A model generated the notes under the pieces. The model was not told where the DNA came from. It did no database searches and saw only the letters and a list, made by a program, of their open reading frames with translations. A DNA stretch of 47,322 nucleotides from an uncultured Bacilli bacterium. GTDB lineage: Bacteria > Bacillota_I > Bacilli_A > RF39 > UBA660. The stretch lies in the NCBI GenBank assembly GCA_947587115.1, contig CANPXY010000001.1, positions 1 to 47,322 of the forward strand, written 5' to 3'. The position numbers and the translations under genes are program-made. Each line of letters begins with the position of its first letter. The first letter of the stretch is position 1. Positions 1-9,356 of the stretch are shown one piece after another.

Positions 1-1078
1 TCATACTATTTGAAAAAACTCCATATTCTATAGATTTTACACTTGAGGGAATTATTACACTAGTTATGTTATTATCTGCAAAAGCCTGATTTCCTATCGA
101 AGTGACACTTGAGGGAATTGTAGTACTTGTTAATTCATTCCCATAAAAAGCTCTTTGGGCTATTTCGGTTACTCCTTCTGGTATTACTACACTCGTGATA
201 CCTAAACCATTGTTATGAAACGAAAAAGGAAAGCCACCGTTTGAGCAATAATTATTACTTTGGCATTTTTCATTAGCAGAATCAGAATATCCTATACTTT
301 TTACAGCAGTCCCTTTAATTGTATTCGGAATAACAACATCTGTAATAATCTCTCCCGCTGGACTTTGTTCATCTGTATTAGGACGCAAATTGGTTGAATC
401 AATATCTCCTAGATATGTCCCACACAAATATGCAATAATTGTTCCTGAACTTTCATCAAATTCAAAACAATCTTCTGGCGTTGGGATTAACTGTTTTCCT
501 ACTACCTTTATCTTTCCATTGAATACTTTTCCAGCAACATCTTCTGGATTTGTGACTTCACTATCTATCCATAGTCTTAAATCATAACTATAATTTTCAC
601 TTGGGTATATAATTCCGGTATCTAATACCCTTTGTTCTCCTTGCTTGGTTTCAGACAATAATTTATGTAGATTAATGTAAGGTCCAGTGCTATAATCAAT
701 TTTTCCAATCATTGAAATATTTATTCCGTCCTTGCTTAACCCAAGTCTAATTATTTCATCTTTTAATTTTGGCTTTTCTACATCTACATCTTCTAGATAA
801 ATCGTATATCTGGATGGTACATTTCCGTTATTTGTTAACGTAAAGTGATAGGGATCCTTACTTAGTCCTACCTCATCACTCATCGGTAAGGCTTTTCCCA
901 TAGTGATACCATTACTCTCTTTATCATCCAACTCTAATGAGAGATTACCAGCCTTAAGCGTATTACCGTTTTTTCCATTTAAAGTTAGATGTAACCAAGC
1001 ATAACTTACTCCTACTAATACTATTAGTCCTATCGTTATTGGAAGTATCCACGCCAATATCCGTTTCCTTTTTTCCAC
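1..1078 (-). CDS. BspA-type leucine-rich-repeat surface protein, N-terminal 359 codons (3' end runs off the window). Paralog of 21008..22312.
   Basis: Absent from the ORF track because there is no stop in the window. My translation from GTG at 1078 reads VEKRKRILAWILPITIGLIVLVGVSYAWLHLTLNGKNGNTLKAGNLSLELDD...PEDCFEFDESSGTIIAYLCG...VVIPEGVTEIAQRAFYGNELTSTTIPSSVTSIGNQAFADNNITSVIIPSSVKSIEYGVFSNSM. It has the same TM anchor, N-module and LRR_5-like repeats as the 434-aa ORF. The start codon choice (GTG) is tentative. Confidence 0.8.
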   Translation of the reverse strand, partial: MEKRKRILAWILPITIGLIVLVGVSYAWLHLTLNGKNGNTLKAGNLSLELDDKESNGITMGKALPMSDEVGLSKDPYHFTLTNNGNVPSRYTIYLEDVDVEKPKLKDEIIRLGLSKDGINISMIGKIDYSTGPYINLHKLLSETKQGEQRVLDTGIIYPSENYSYDLRLWIDSEVTNPEDVAGKVFNGKIKVVGKQLIPTPEDCFEFDESSGTIIAYLCGTYLGDIDSTNLRPNTDEQSPAGEIITDVVIPNTIKGTAVKSIGYSDSANEKCQSNNYCSNGGFPFSFHNNGLGITSVVIPEGVTEIAQRAFYGNELTSTTIPSSVTSIGNQAFADNNITSVIIPSSVKSIEYGVFSNSM

Positions 1079-1100
1079 TTTTTCACTACCTTTCCCTTTT

Positions 1101-1132
1101 ATTATAAAAATACAACCCCCCCCCCCTGTCAA
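1101..1132 (-). promoter_or_regulatory. Sigma-A-type promoter with a homopolymer in the spacer: TTGACA-G11-ttgtatttt-TATAAT (20-nt spacer)
   Basis: On the minus strand, -35 TTGACA is + 1127..1132 and -10 TATAAT is + 1101..1106. The spacer is 1107..1126. It lies 22 nt upstream of the GTG at 1078. Confidence 0.6.
1116..1126 (-). repeat. Homopolymer G11 (C11 on the + strand) inside the promoter spacer
   Basis: Counted directly: tacaa-ccccccccccc-tgtcaa. Confidence 0.95.
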
Positions 1133-1184
1133 TTTTTACACAAAAAAAGCTAAGATAAGAAAGTAAAACAATGTAAAGCATTTA

Positions 1185-3260
1185 TCAAAAAGGTGGATAA
1201 AGTTCAAAGTATTTATCGCTGACGCGCTTGGTAATGGTCCTCGTAACCATACTACTGTAACTACTTCGACCGTTGGGATTGTTGACATCAGGACTCATCA
1301 CAACGATACTCATCTTAGGATTTTCACTAGGGGCATAACCGACAAAGGCCGTACTGATCGTCTCGGTATCGATGATGCCATCACCATCTTGATCCATAAA
1401 ACTTTCACTCGTACCAGTTTTCCCACTCGGATCATAACGATTGTCTATATAATTGTGCCCAATTCCATAACTGGCCATAGTTACCGCATGAAATCCTTCT
1501 TTGACCCGATTTAAAAATCGTTCCTCCGTATCAATTTTATTTAATTCGACTGGTTGCACTTGCTCAAGTAAATCTCCTAGTGCACTTCCCTCTGTCGCCG
1601 CATGAATTTCTTTTAATAGATGAGGTTGCAATCTTGATCCACCATTGGCAATAGTCGAAACATATTGTGAAAGTTGAATTGGTGTATAAGTATCATATTG
1701 CCCCATTGAAAAATCAAGCAAATGTCCTGGTAAAGTCGAGGTCCCCTTGTATCCTAAACTTTCTAAAGGCAAATCAATCCCTGTTTTGACTCCTAAACCA
1801 AACTGCTGATACGTATTGCGATAAATCGTAAAAGCTTCTGGATTAATTTTTAGTGGCTGATTATATTGATATACAGCTCCCCCAACCTTCATTGCAATCT
1901 TAAATTGATAGATGTTCGACGACAGTGCCAATGCCTGAATATCGTTGATCCTTCCCAGCGTCTTCCAAGAACATTTTATTGGCGTCGATAGAATCTTAAT
2001 ACATTCATCTTGTTGATATTCACCAATTTGAATGACCCCCGTATTGTATCCCACCAAAATGGAAGCGCCTTTGACGACACTCCCGACAGTCATTGGCGAA
2101 GTGACAACGCCAGGTGTATAATCATAGAATTCTTTTTGTCCATTCTTAGTAAGTAACTGTTTCCCACTCATCGCTAGAATTTCTCCCGTATTAGGATCTT
2201 GAATGACGACAAAACTGCGATTATAAAACTCAGTATTTGGAGTCAATTTGGCCATAGCAATTTCTTCTTTTAATATTTCTTCCACGGCCTGTTGGAGATG
2301 AATATCGATCGTAAGAACGAGATCTTGACCACGCTCTTCTTCTTCCACCAACTGAAGCTTATAACGATTTACAACCTGATATTTCGCTTTTTTCCCACGT
2401 AAAAGTTCTTCATATTGTTGTTCTAGATAACTGATACCTACACGATCATTTAAAGAATAACCTTTTTTCAAATACATATCGACCAGTTCCTCAGGAATTC
2501 CCTGATTTTGATTGCTCACCGTTCCTAAAATTGTTCGAAAAGTATCTCCATATAAATAGATCCGCTCCCAATCCAGCTTTACATGAAATCCACCCAATGA
2601 AGAATTGTGTTCAGCTACATAAGCATATTCTTCTTCACTGACTGAGTCGCTCTTAATAATCTTTTCGTCATAAGAAAAACCTCGATTCATCAAGTAATAA
2701 AGATACGCCGTCTTCCTCTCTTCTTCTTGATAGATACTTAAATCTTCCTCCGTGATTCGATCGATTTTCAAATTTTCAATATCGCTCTCTGAAAGCCTTC
2801 GTTCCTCAAGTTTTCGCCACTCTTCTTCGCTGATCTTGGCATTTCCTTCTTTTGGATGTTCTGCCAACCAAAATTCTTTAAGATTCCGTAGAGCCAATTT
2901 AGAAGTATCTAAGGTAAGATGGGGACTGACTTGATAGGCAAGCTCCAATTCCTCTTCGGTCGTGCGATCTTTATCTTTCTGATAATAGATCGTCTTCATG
3001 CCCTTATTATCGACCAACAGATTATAATTCCGATCATAAATTCTCCCTCTTGGGGCACTGTTTCCTTCCACGATCACATGAGCAATTTGATCCAATTTTT
3101 TTTGATAGACTTCTCTTTGAATATAGATCATGTCATAAAGACGGAAAAAAAGTATCAAAAAAAGTCCTACAACCAAAATAGTCAAAAACAAAAAACGTCG
3201 CGATGATTGTTCGGCTTCTTTATTTTTAGCGATTAAAGTGCTTTGGCTCTTACTTTTCAT
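1185..3260 (-). CDS. Class B penicillin-binding protein (PBP2/PBP2B-type transpeptidase)
   Basis: N-terminal TM anchor; SxxK (SVVK), SxN (SSN) and KTG (KTGTS) motifs in the correct order. The track start at 3272 is a TTG. The ATG at 3260 (MKSKSQ) has a GGTGA SD upstream. Confidence 0.9.
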   Translation of the reverse strand: MKSKSQSTLIAKNKEAEQSSRRFLFLTILVVGLFLILFFRLYDMIYIQREVYQKKLDQIAHVIVEGNSAPRGRIYDRNYNLLVDNKGMKTIYYQKDKDRTTEEELELAYQVSPHLTLDTSKLALRNLKEFWLAEHPKEGNAKISEEEWRKLEERRLSESDIENLKIDRITEEDLSIYQEEERKTAYLYYLMNRGFSYDEKIIKSDSVSEEEYAYVAEHNSSLGGFHVKLDWERIYLYGDTFRTILGTVSNQNQGIPEELVDMYLKKGYSLNDRVGISYLEQQYEELLRGKKAKYQVVNRYKLQLVEEEERGQDLVLTIDIHLQQAVEEILKEEIAMAKLTPNTEFYNRSFVVIQDPNTGEILAMSGKQLLTKNGQKEFYDYTPGVVTSPMTVGSVVKGASILVGYNTGVIQIGEYQQDECIKILSTPIKCSWKTLGRINDIQALALSSNIYQFKIAMKVGGAVYQYNQPLKINPEAFTIYRNTYQQFGLGVKTGIDLPLESLGYKGTSTLPGHLLDFSMGQYDTYTPIQLSQYVSTIANGGSRLQPHLLKEIHAATEGSALGDLLEQVQPVELNKIDTEERFLNRVKEGFHAVTMASYGIGHNYIDNRYDPSGKTGTSESFMDQDGDGIIDTETISTAFVGYAPSENPKMSIVVMSPDVNNPNGRSSYSSMVTRTITKRVSDKYFELYPPF

Positions 3261-3328
3261 GCTTCTCACCAATAATAGTTTGGCTCATATTTAAAAAGTT
3301 ATTGCATATATTTTAACGGAGGAAAAGA

Positions 3329-3586
3329 ATGTACGAAAAAATCATTGAAAACTATATTCAAACCATTCAAAAAGAAGATATCAAAAAGTTTGCTCAACAA
3401 AAAGGCGTCGAACTAAGTGATGCCGATCTTGAGACGATTTATTTCTATCTTAAAAATTATTGGAAAAACTTTTACCAAGGAGATCCAACCGTTCAACTCA
3501 AAGAGTTAGAACAAAAATTAGATCCGTATGTTTTTGCAAAATTAAAACAACTTTATATTGAAACAAAAAACAAGTTCTTATCTTAA
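3329..3586 (+). CDS. Small conserved protein, YqfT/DUF2624-like (tentative)
   Basis: 85-aa ORF with a GGAGGAAAAG SD. It converges on nfo, as yqfT neighbours nfo(yqfS) in B. subtilis. The family assignment rests on memory of synteny and size only. Confidence 0.5.
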   Translation: MYEKIIENYIQTIQKEDIKKFAQQKGVELSDADLETIYFYLKNYWKNFYQGDPTVQLKELEQKLDPYVFAKLKQLYIETKNKFLS

Positions 3587-4485
3587 TGAACTTGTTTTTT
3601 CATGATTTCTTCTTGTAATTTCGGATCAAAAGTGCGTGCTCTGATCATTTCAATCTCTTCTTTATAAGGAGGATACAAGCGATCAATATAAGGGGTCTCT
3701 AAAATCTTGGGAATATCTTGAAGTTTCGGATGTTCAATAATTTTTAAAAGTGCTTCAAAACCGATGGCCCCAAAACCAATATTTTCATGACGATCTTTGT
3801 GAGAAGCTTGCGGATTTTTACTATCGTTGATATGAATGCAATGAACATATGACAATCCGACAATTCGATCAAATTCATCCAATAGATGATCAAAATCTTT
3901 TACATCATAACCTGCATCATGCAAATGACACGTATCAAGACACACCCCAATACGGCTCTGCTCATGAACGCCAGCAATGATTCGATGAAGTTCTTCAAAT
4001 CTACTGCCAATCTCGCTCCCTTTACCAGCCATCGTCTCTAGCAAGATCATGACGTTCGTATCTTTTAAAATTTGATTGAGCCCATCAATAATCTGTTCAA
4101 TTCCAAGATCGATTCCACTGCCAACATGACTTCCTGGATGTAAGACCATATACTGAATTCCTAATTGTTCACAGCGCTTTAATTCTTCTTTAAGAAAACG
4201 AATAGAAAATTGATGTTTTTCTTCATCGACATTTGCCAAGTTGATAATATAAGGTGCATGCACAATGACCGTTTCAGGATCGATTCCCTGCCGCCTCATT
4301 TCTTCTCGTGCAGCTTTTGTAATTTCTAAATCGATCGGATACCGTAGGGTATTCTGTGGCGCTCCTGTATAAAACATAAAAGTCGTCGATTGATATTGCA
4401 GTGCTTCCTTTAAACTACCTAACAGTTGATCCTCTCGACGAAAAGATACATGCGATCCAATCAATAATTTCTCTCTTTTTGCCAT
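3583..4485 (-). CDS. nfo: Endonuclease IV (AP endonuclease family 2)
   Basis: 300 aa. Typical Nfo segments: LLIGSHVS, VIVHAPYIINLA, YMVLHPGSH, LLETMAGKG, VCLDTCHLHDAGYD, IHINDSKN. Confidence 0.93.
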   Translation of the reverse strand: MAKREKLLIGSHVSFRREDQLLGSLKEALQYQSTTFMFYTGAPQNTLRYPIDLEITKAAREEMRRQGIDPETVIVHAPYIINLANVDEEKHQFSIRFLKEELKRCEQLGIQYMVLHPGSHVGSGIDLGIEQIIDGLNQILKDTNVMILLETMAGKGSEIGSRFEELHRIIAGVHEQSRIGVCLDTCHLHDAGYDVKDFDHLLDEFDRIVGLSYVHCIHINDSKNPQASHKDRHENIGFGAIGFEALLKIIEHPKLQDIPKILETPYIDRLYPPYKEEIEMIRARTFDPKLQEEIMKKQVH

Positions 4486-4530
4486 AACTTCACCTCTTTT
4501 ATTCGAGAAAAAAAGTTCTCGACCGAGAAC

Positions 4531-5049
4531 TTATGAACTTGTACCAAGAGTACAAGTCGTCTCACCAACTTTTGGCGTTGCAAGAATTTGACTGCTCAAA
4601 TCTGAACTACGACGTTTTACATCGTTACGAACCATAGCATTCTCTTCCGTCTGAGCAATACCATTGTTCTCTGAATCAATACCCGCAAAATAATAAGTAT
4701 AGCGATCTTGTCCATTATCTTGTGGAACATTGCTAATTACAACATAAGCTTTTCCCTCAACCCAAGGTTTGTCATAGACACTCTTTGTTGAACTTCCTTT
4801 TTCAAGTTCAATTCCATTGATTGGAACATAGACACAAGCATTCTGCCCTGGCAATTCATAATCTCCTTGAAGAGCATAATAACGTACTTGTGTAATATAA
4901 TTTCTAGCCGTTGAAATAAATGCGTCTTTCTTTGCACCTTCGATAATTCCCGTCATCGCAGGAATAGCAATCAATAATAACACACCTAAAATGATGATAA
5001 CTGCCAATAACTCAATTAATGTAAATCCTTTTTTATTTAATCTTCTCAC
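4531..5049 (-). CDS. Type IV pilin / pseudopilin-like protein (prepilin N-terminal cleavage/methylation motif)
   Basis: N-terminus MRRLNKKGFTLIELLAVIIILGVLLLIAIP matches the class III signal (G/FTLIE plus a hydrophobic helix). Confidence 0.85.
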   Translation of the reverse strand: MRRLNKKGFTLIELLAVIIILGVLLLIAIPAMTGIIEGAKKDAFISTARNYITQVRYYALQGDYELPGQNACVYVPINGIELEKGSSTKSVYDKPWVEGKAYVVISNVPQDNGQDRYTYYFAGIDSENNGIAQTEENAMVRNDVKRRSSDLSSQILATPKVGETTCTLGTSS

Positions 5050-5125
5050 TTTATTTTCCTCCTACCATTGATATTATCATTGTAACACAATCATAACTAT
5101 GCGTCAAGAATAAACGCCCATATTT

Positions 5126-5638
5126 TTAGCACTTATATTGGACGATTCCAAGACCGGACAACGTACTTCCCACATCGGTTCCATACTGGGTCGTAAGATT
5201 CATGATATGATTGCTGGCCGTCGTTTTATTTAACTCGTCCTGAGAAATCAATTCCAAACCTTGCGGATCATTCTTAGTAGTCTCTCTAAGTGTAACATAA
5301 TATTGATACCGATTACCGGAACGTGTAATAGCTACAAAAGATTGATCACGAATATAATCTCCACCCTCAGGACCCGTCTCGATATCAGAATTTCCAAGGC
5401 AACTCAAACTAAAAACAATAACATTTCCCGTGGTGGGTTTACGAATGGTACTATCAGAATTCAGCTTATATTCCGCAAGCGCAATCATCTGTTTCGCATG
5501 TTGAATATACGTATTCTTCTTATTCTTATCAAGAATTCCCATCACATTCGGAATTGCCACCAACATAATGATACTAAGAATAGCGAATACTCCCAACAAC
5601 TCAACTAAAGTAAAACCTTTTTGATTCAAACGTTTCAT
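5126..5638 (-). CDS. Type IV pilin / pseudopilin-like protein, paralog of 4531..5049
   Basis: MKRLNQKGFTLVELLGVFAILSIIMLVAIP. I prefer the ATG at 5638 over the track start at 5665 because it gives the usual short leader before G/FTLVE. Confidence 0.85.
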   Translation of the reverse strand: MKRLNQKGFTLVELLGVFAILSIIMLVAIPNVMGILDKNKKNTYIQHAKQMIALAEYKLNSDSTIRKPTTGNVIVFSLSCLGNSDIETGPEGGDYIRDQSFVAITRSGNRYQYYVTLRETTKNDPQGLELISQDELNKTTASNHIMNLTTQYGTDVGSTLSGLGIVQYKC

Positions 5639-5703
5639 CTTATCACCACTATTATTATACCGCAATCTTCTGCTTTGGAAAAGAGAAAATAAAAAGATTT
5701 CCC

Positions 5704-6534
5704 TTAGTTTGGAAAATCTGCTTTTTTAACTTTTTGATCCCCTTTGGCATTTTCCTGTCCCTTAAGGTCTGGTAAAATATCCAAATCATAGATCGCATCA
5801 CAAATCTTATAGTAATAAAATTGTTGTAAATCAACATAGTCTCTATTTTTAAAAGCTTTCATTAAAGCGTCTTTATATTCTTTACGTTCTCTCGTTTTGA
5901 CATAAATTGGAGGCAAATTATACTGTTTAAACATTAAATTTAGTAGTGAACGGAAAGTTCTTTTGTTCCCATCTGAAAAAGGTTGGGCTTTCGTTAATTC
6001 GGTTGTAACATAAATACAAGCATTGATGTAGTCGAAAATAGAAATAGGATTGTCAAGATCAACTTTAGGAAGAACTTTCCCAATATAAGATTGAAAATAA
6101 GCTCTGGCTTCTTCTGCAGGAGGGACTTCGACTTCCGAATTCATAAGAAGTGCAGAAGAAGTACGCAAACTTCCTCCAAAACTAGGTTCTGGACAAGCGG
6201 AATATAAAAGTTCATGAATCTTTAAAGCTTCGACAAAAATATCGAACTTTTGCTTGCTGAAATCATAACTTTTAATATAATCATAAACCCTTGATAAGCC
6301 TGCACGCTCTTCGTCACTCAAATCCTCATCAATGCGGCTTTCATTATACAAATAATTTCTTTTAAAGTTATTATAAATGATATTGAAATAAGGATTTTGA
6401 ACCGTATGATAATAAAGTGCAATAATCATCTGCGGAATTTCACTATCTCTTTGATATAATCTTTTTTCTGCTTTACGCTTCAAGTATCCTTCAAAAATCA
6501 ATGCAATAAAATCTCTTTTTGCGTGATCCTCCAT
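5704..6534 (-). CDS. Fic/DOC family protein with a degenerate active-site motif (QPFSDGNKRTFR)
   Basis: The Fic core motif position reads QPFSDGNKRTFR instead of HxFx(D/E)GNGRxxR. The preferred start, ATG 6534 (MEDHAKR), is preceded by AGAGGGGAAG. The track start at 6606 would overlap the upstream gene. Confidence 0.75.
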   Translation of the reverse strand: MEDHAKRDFIALIFEGYLKRKAEKRLYQRDSEIPQMIIALYYHTVQNPYFNIIYNNFKRNYLYNESRIDEDLSDEERAGLSRVYDYIKSYDFSKQKFDIFVEALKIHELLYSACPEPSFGGSLRTSSALLMNSEVEVPPAEEARAYFQSYIGKVLPKVDLDNPISIFDYINACIYVTTELTKAQPFSDGNKRTFRSLLNLMFKQYNLPPIYVKTRERKEYKDALMKAFKNRDYVDLQQFYYYKICDAIYDLDILPDLKGQENAKGDQKVKKADFPN

Positions 6535-6589
6535 AATTCTTCCCCTCTTTGGAGCCATATTATACAACATTTTAGAGTATTTGTCAATG

Positions 6590-7795
6590 TTATCGAATAA
6601 TTTCATTCATATGTTCAATTTCTTTGAGGGTCGTCTGTGTATAATAGTCTTCACTAAAAAGATAGTCATACCGAAATAATGAAAAACCTGCATATTGACT
6701 TAAATTTCTGCTCACTAAGATTTCTTTTTTGATGATGTCATCATTTTCAATCCATTCCATCGCTCCACTTTTGGCATTTTGATCTTCTGTTCCTACTTTA
6801 TAAAAAGCTAAAGCGGGGAGCAACTTGACATCGGGCGCCGTAATAAGATCATTCCACATGGTAACTGTCTCTAGAAAAGGACGTCGCTCATTTTCAAACC
6901 CAAAATAAATCTGTGGCATCAAGTAGTCAACATAGCCTTCGACGCTGGCCCAGGTTCTAACATCTGCATAATTAGAAGCATAATTGTTATCGATATTGCC
7001 CTCCGGAGAAACTCCAAAGACCAACGTTTCATCTTTCGTTTTGATCGCTTGATAGACGTCATGAATTAATTTGTTAACATTCTCTAGACGATATTCACTT
7101 AAAGTTTTGGTGCCTCCTTGTTTTTGATAGTCTTGATAAGAATCTAGATCGATCGTATCGTCTGGATAAAAATAATCATCAAAATGAATTCCATCGATGT
7201 CATAGCGATTGATAATTTCTTGTACCCCTGCGACAATCAAAGACCGTACTTCTTCGCTAGCAGGATTATAAAAGATGCCCTTCTCTGGGATTACTTTGAC
7301 ATTGGAGGTTGAAAGCCAAGCAAAAGCTGGATTGTCTTCGCTGATCGAAGCAATATCCGTCGTATTGCGAATACGATAAGGATTGATCCAAGCATGCACT
7401 TCAATCTTGTGGGCGTGCGCTTTTTCAATCAAATACTCTAAAGGATCAAAAGAAGGTCCAATGCCCTCTTCCCCATAAAAAGAAGAACTCCAGGGAAAAA
7501 TGGTGGATTGATACCAAGCATCTGAAAAGCCCCGAACATGAAAGATCAACATATTAAAACCACTGTTGACCATATTTTCAATAATATAATCCATATTTTT
7601 TTGTTGTTCCGCAGTCGTCTTATACCCAAAATATTTCTCATTTTCAATATAGGAGAGGAACATCGCTCTTTTCTCGGAAACAGAGGTCTCTTCTTCTTTT
7701 AAAGCGAGCGTCTCCTCTTCTGTGGTGTGTTTTCGATCGATGATAAAAAAAGTAGCTACTACAAAAATGAAAGCAATTACCAACAACTTTTTCAT
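6590..7795 (-). CDS. Membrane-anchored glycoside-hydrolase-like protein (YngK / GHL10, DUF187-like)
   Basis: N-terminal signal/anchor MKKLLVIAFIFVVATFFI. TIM-barrel-like segments (GFNMLIFHVRG, HAWINPYR, GIHFDDYFYP, LMPQIYF) are typical of the family as I remember it. Confidence 0.55.
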   Translation of the reverse strand: MKKLLVIAFIFVVATFFIIDRKHTTEEETLALKEEETSVSEKRAMFLSYIENEKYFGYKTTAEQQKNMDYIIENMVNSGFNMLIFHVRGFSDAWYQSTIFPWSSSFYGEEGIGPSFDPLEYLIEKAHAHKIEVHAWINPYRIRNTTDIASISEDNPAFAWLSTSNVKVIPEKGIFYNPASEEVRSLIVAGVQEIINRYDIDGIHFDDYFYPDDTIDLDSYQDYQKQGGTKTLSEYRLENVNKLIHDVYQAIKTKDETLVFGVSPEGNIDNNYASNYADVRTWASVEGYVDYLMPQIYFGFENERRPFLETVTMWNDLITAPDVKLLPALAFYKVGTEDQNAKSGAMEWIENDDIIKKEILVSRNLSQYAGFSLFRYDYLFSEDYYTQTTLKEIEHMNEIIR

Positions 7796-7911
7796 GTATG
7801 ATCACCAATATATCCTATGAAGCAGTATAAAGAAAAAGGACCGCAAACTTTGTCGAGTTTGACACTGTCCATGTTTTATGATAAAATAAGCACTCAAAAG
7901 GAGAGGATTCC

Positions 7912-8226
7912 ATGAAAACATATAAAGTTAAAAATCTCTTCGTCGCCGATATTCAAAATTCAATATTAAAAAAACCCCTCATTGTACGACGTCAGCCATT
8001 CTTCAAAAGATTGATAGCGAACATGTTCGATTTTGATTATGATACTTACAAAGCGATTGGTACAAACGCACCCGTATGGGTCGATCATCGTGATCTTCTT
8101 GCTATTACCTATTATCTTTCAAAAGAACAGATGAAAAAGAAAATGACGTTAGAAGAGCTTCTCAACTGGCGAGAAGAATATGATTTTTCAACACCCCCAA
8201 AAACAAATAAAAAAATCGGATTTTAA
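7912..8226 (+). CDS. Hypothetical protein (104 aa)
   Basis: ORF with a GGAGAGGA SD 7 nt upstream, followed by a hairpin terminator. No recognisable motif. Confidence 0.5.
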   Translation: MKTYKVKNLFVADIQNSILKKPLIVRRQPFFKRLIANMFDFDYDTYKAIGTNAPVWVDHRDLLAITYYLSKEQMKKKMTLEELLNWREEYDFSTPPKTNKKIGF

Positions 8227-8228
8227 AG

Positions 8229-8256
8229 TAAACGCTTAACGGCGTTTATTTTTTTA
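8229..8256. terminator. Bidirectional hairpin shared by the convergent genes 7912..8226 and 8246..8902
   Basis: aaacgc-ttaacg-gcgttt followed by a T run. It overlaps the stop of the minus-strand gene. Confidence 0.5.
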
Positions 8257-8902
8257 TTAATTCACTATTCTTAATAATATATAATTGTTTTTCTCGGTAA
8301 AAGCCATAAAAAATATCTTCTAACCGCACTCGTTCTCGATCGAGCATCGAATGTAACCAAGCTTCAGTTTTAGAAATTTGTCGAAGCGTATCGGGTTGGA
8401 TCTTGCCATCTAAAATGAGCGCCAGAGGATAGTCGTGCCCCGCTTTGCCATCTTTCGAAAATACCGACAATTTTCCATTCGTTTCCAAAATGGCGTAGTC
8501 CACTTCTTCGATATTCTTGATTCCCTTCGAGCGCAATTTTTTAAACAAATCGTCCAAATGATAATGTTGCTTAACTAGTTCACTAAAATGTACCTTCCCT
8601 CGATCGATGAGAACGGATGGTTCCTTCTCAAAAACATTTCGAACTTTTCTATTTTTAAAAGAACGATAAAGGATGCTTTTCTGCATTCCGATCAACAACA
8701 AAATGGGAACAATCGATAAAAAAATACTCTGGTCCAAATGTTCAATCGAATGCGATGCTAAAATAGCAATTAAAATAGAGATCGTCCAATCTATAACACC
8801 AAGATCACGAACAGCTCTTTGATCGATAAATCGATAGACGATAGTAATCAAAGCATAAATAAGAAACGTCCTGATGATCACTGTAGCATACATAAACATC
8901 AC
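8246..8902 (-). CDS. DUF421 / YetF-family membrane protein
   Basis: N-terminal TM helices plus a C-terminal YetF-like domain (EPSVLIDRGKV...LDDLFKKLRSKGIKNIEEVDYAILETNGKLSVF). Confidence 0.75.
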   Translation of the reverse strand: MMFMYATVIIRTFLIYALITIVYRFIDQRAVRDLGVIDWTISILIAILASHSIEHLDQSIFLSIVPILLLIGMQKSILYRSFKNRKVRNVFEKEPSVLIDRGKVHFSELVKQHYHLDDLFKKLRSKGIKNIEEVDYAILETNGKLSVFSKDGKAGHDYPLALILDGKIQPDTLRQISKTEAWLHSMLDRERVRLEDIFYGFYREKQLYIIKNSELIKK

Positions 8903-8970
8903 CCATTATATTGTGATGGAAGTTCTAACGTTTTATTCTATAACATAGAGTATAACAGGATGTGATTCAT

Positions 8971-9333
8971 ATGATTCAAAAATATTTAAAAAGTTTTCTC
9001 GTAATTATGCTCTCATTTTTACTATTGATCTTCCTGACGACCGTCTTTCATCATTTCAATTTTTTAAATAGTACCGTGGCCGGCTATATCAAAATGATCA
9101 TTCCCATCGTATCGATGCTTTTAGGAGGATGGTTTATTGGCCGACACAGCAAAGAAAACGGTTGGCTAGAAGGATTAAAAATTGGCTTGATCTTCTTAGT
9201 ATTTCTATTTCTTCTTTCCTATCTTGGCTTTCAAGAAGGAATGCATCTTAAGACGTGGCTCTATGATGGGATCTTACTTATCTCCTCGATCCTAGGAAGT
9301 ATGATTGGGATCAATCATAAAAAGACCACATAA
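8971..9333 (+). CDS. Small integral membrane protein (about 4 TM helices)
   Basis: Hydrophobic ORF. I prefer the ATG at 8971 to the GTG at 8962 on SD spacing. Confidence 0.55.
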   Translation: MIQKYLKSFLVIMLSFLLLIFLTTVFHHFNFLNSTVAGYIKMIIPIVSMLLGGWFIGRHSKENGWLEGLKIGLIFLVFLFLLSYLGFQEGMHLKTWLYDGILLISSILGSMIGINHKKTT

Positions 9334-9356
9334 AAAGGGAAATCACAGCATTTCCC

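Noticed and set aside
2752-3206. + strand ORFs (60 and 95 aa) inside the PBP gene, and similar antisense ORFs inside sigA, dnaG, rnj, murE, ileS, ABC-F, the 994-aa gene and others
   Set aside because: Each lies entirely within a longer, motif-supported CDS on the opposite strand. They have low-complexity translations and no RBS.
5655-5837. 60-aa ORF overlapping the Fic gene 3' end and the pilin upstream region
   Set aside because: It overlaps the better-supported Fic CDS in another frame, with no RBS or motif.
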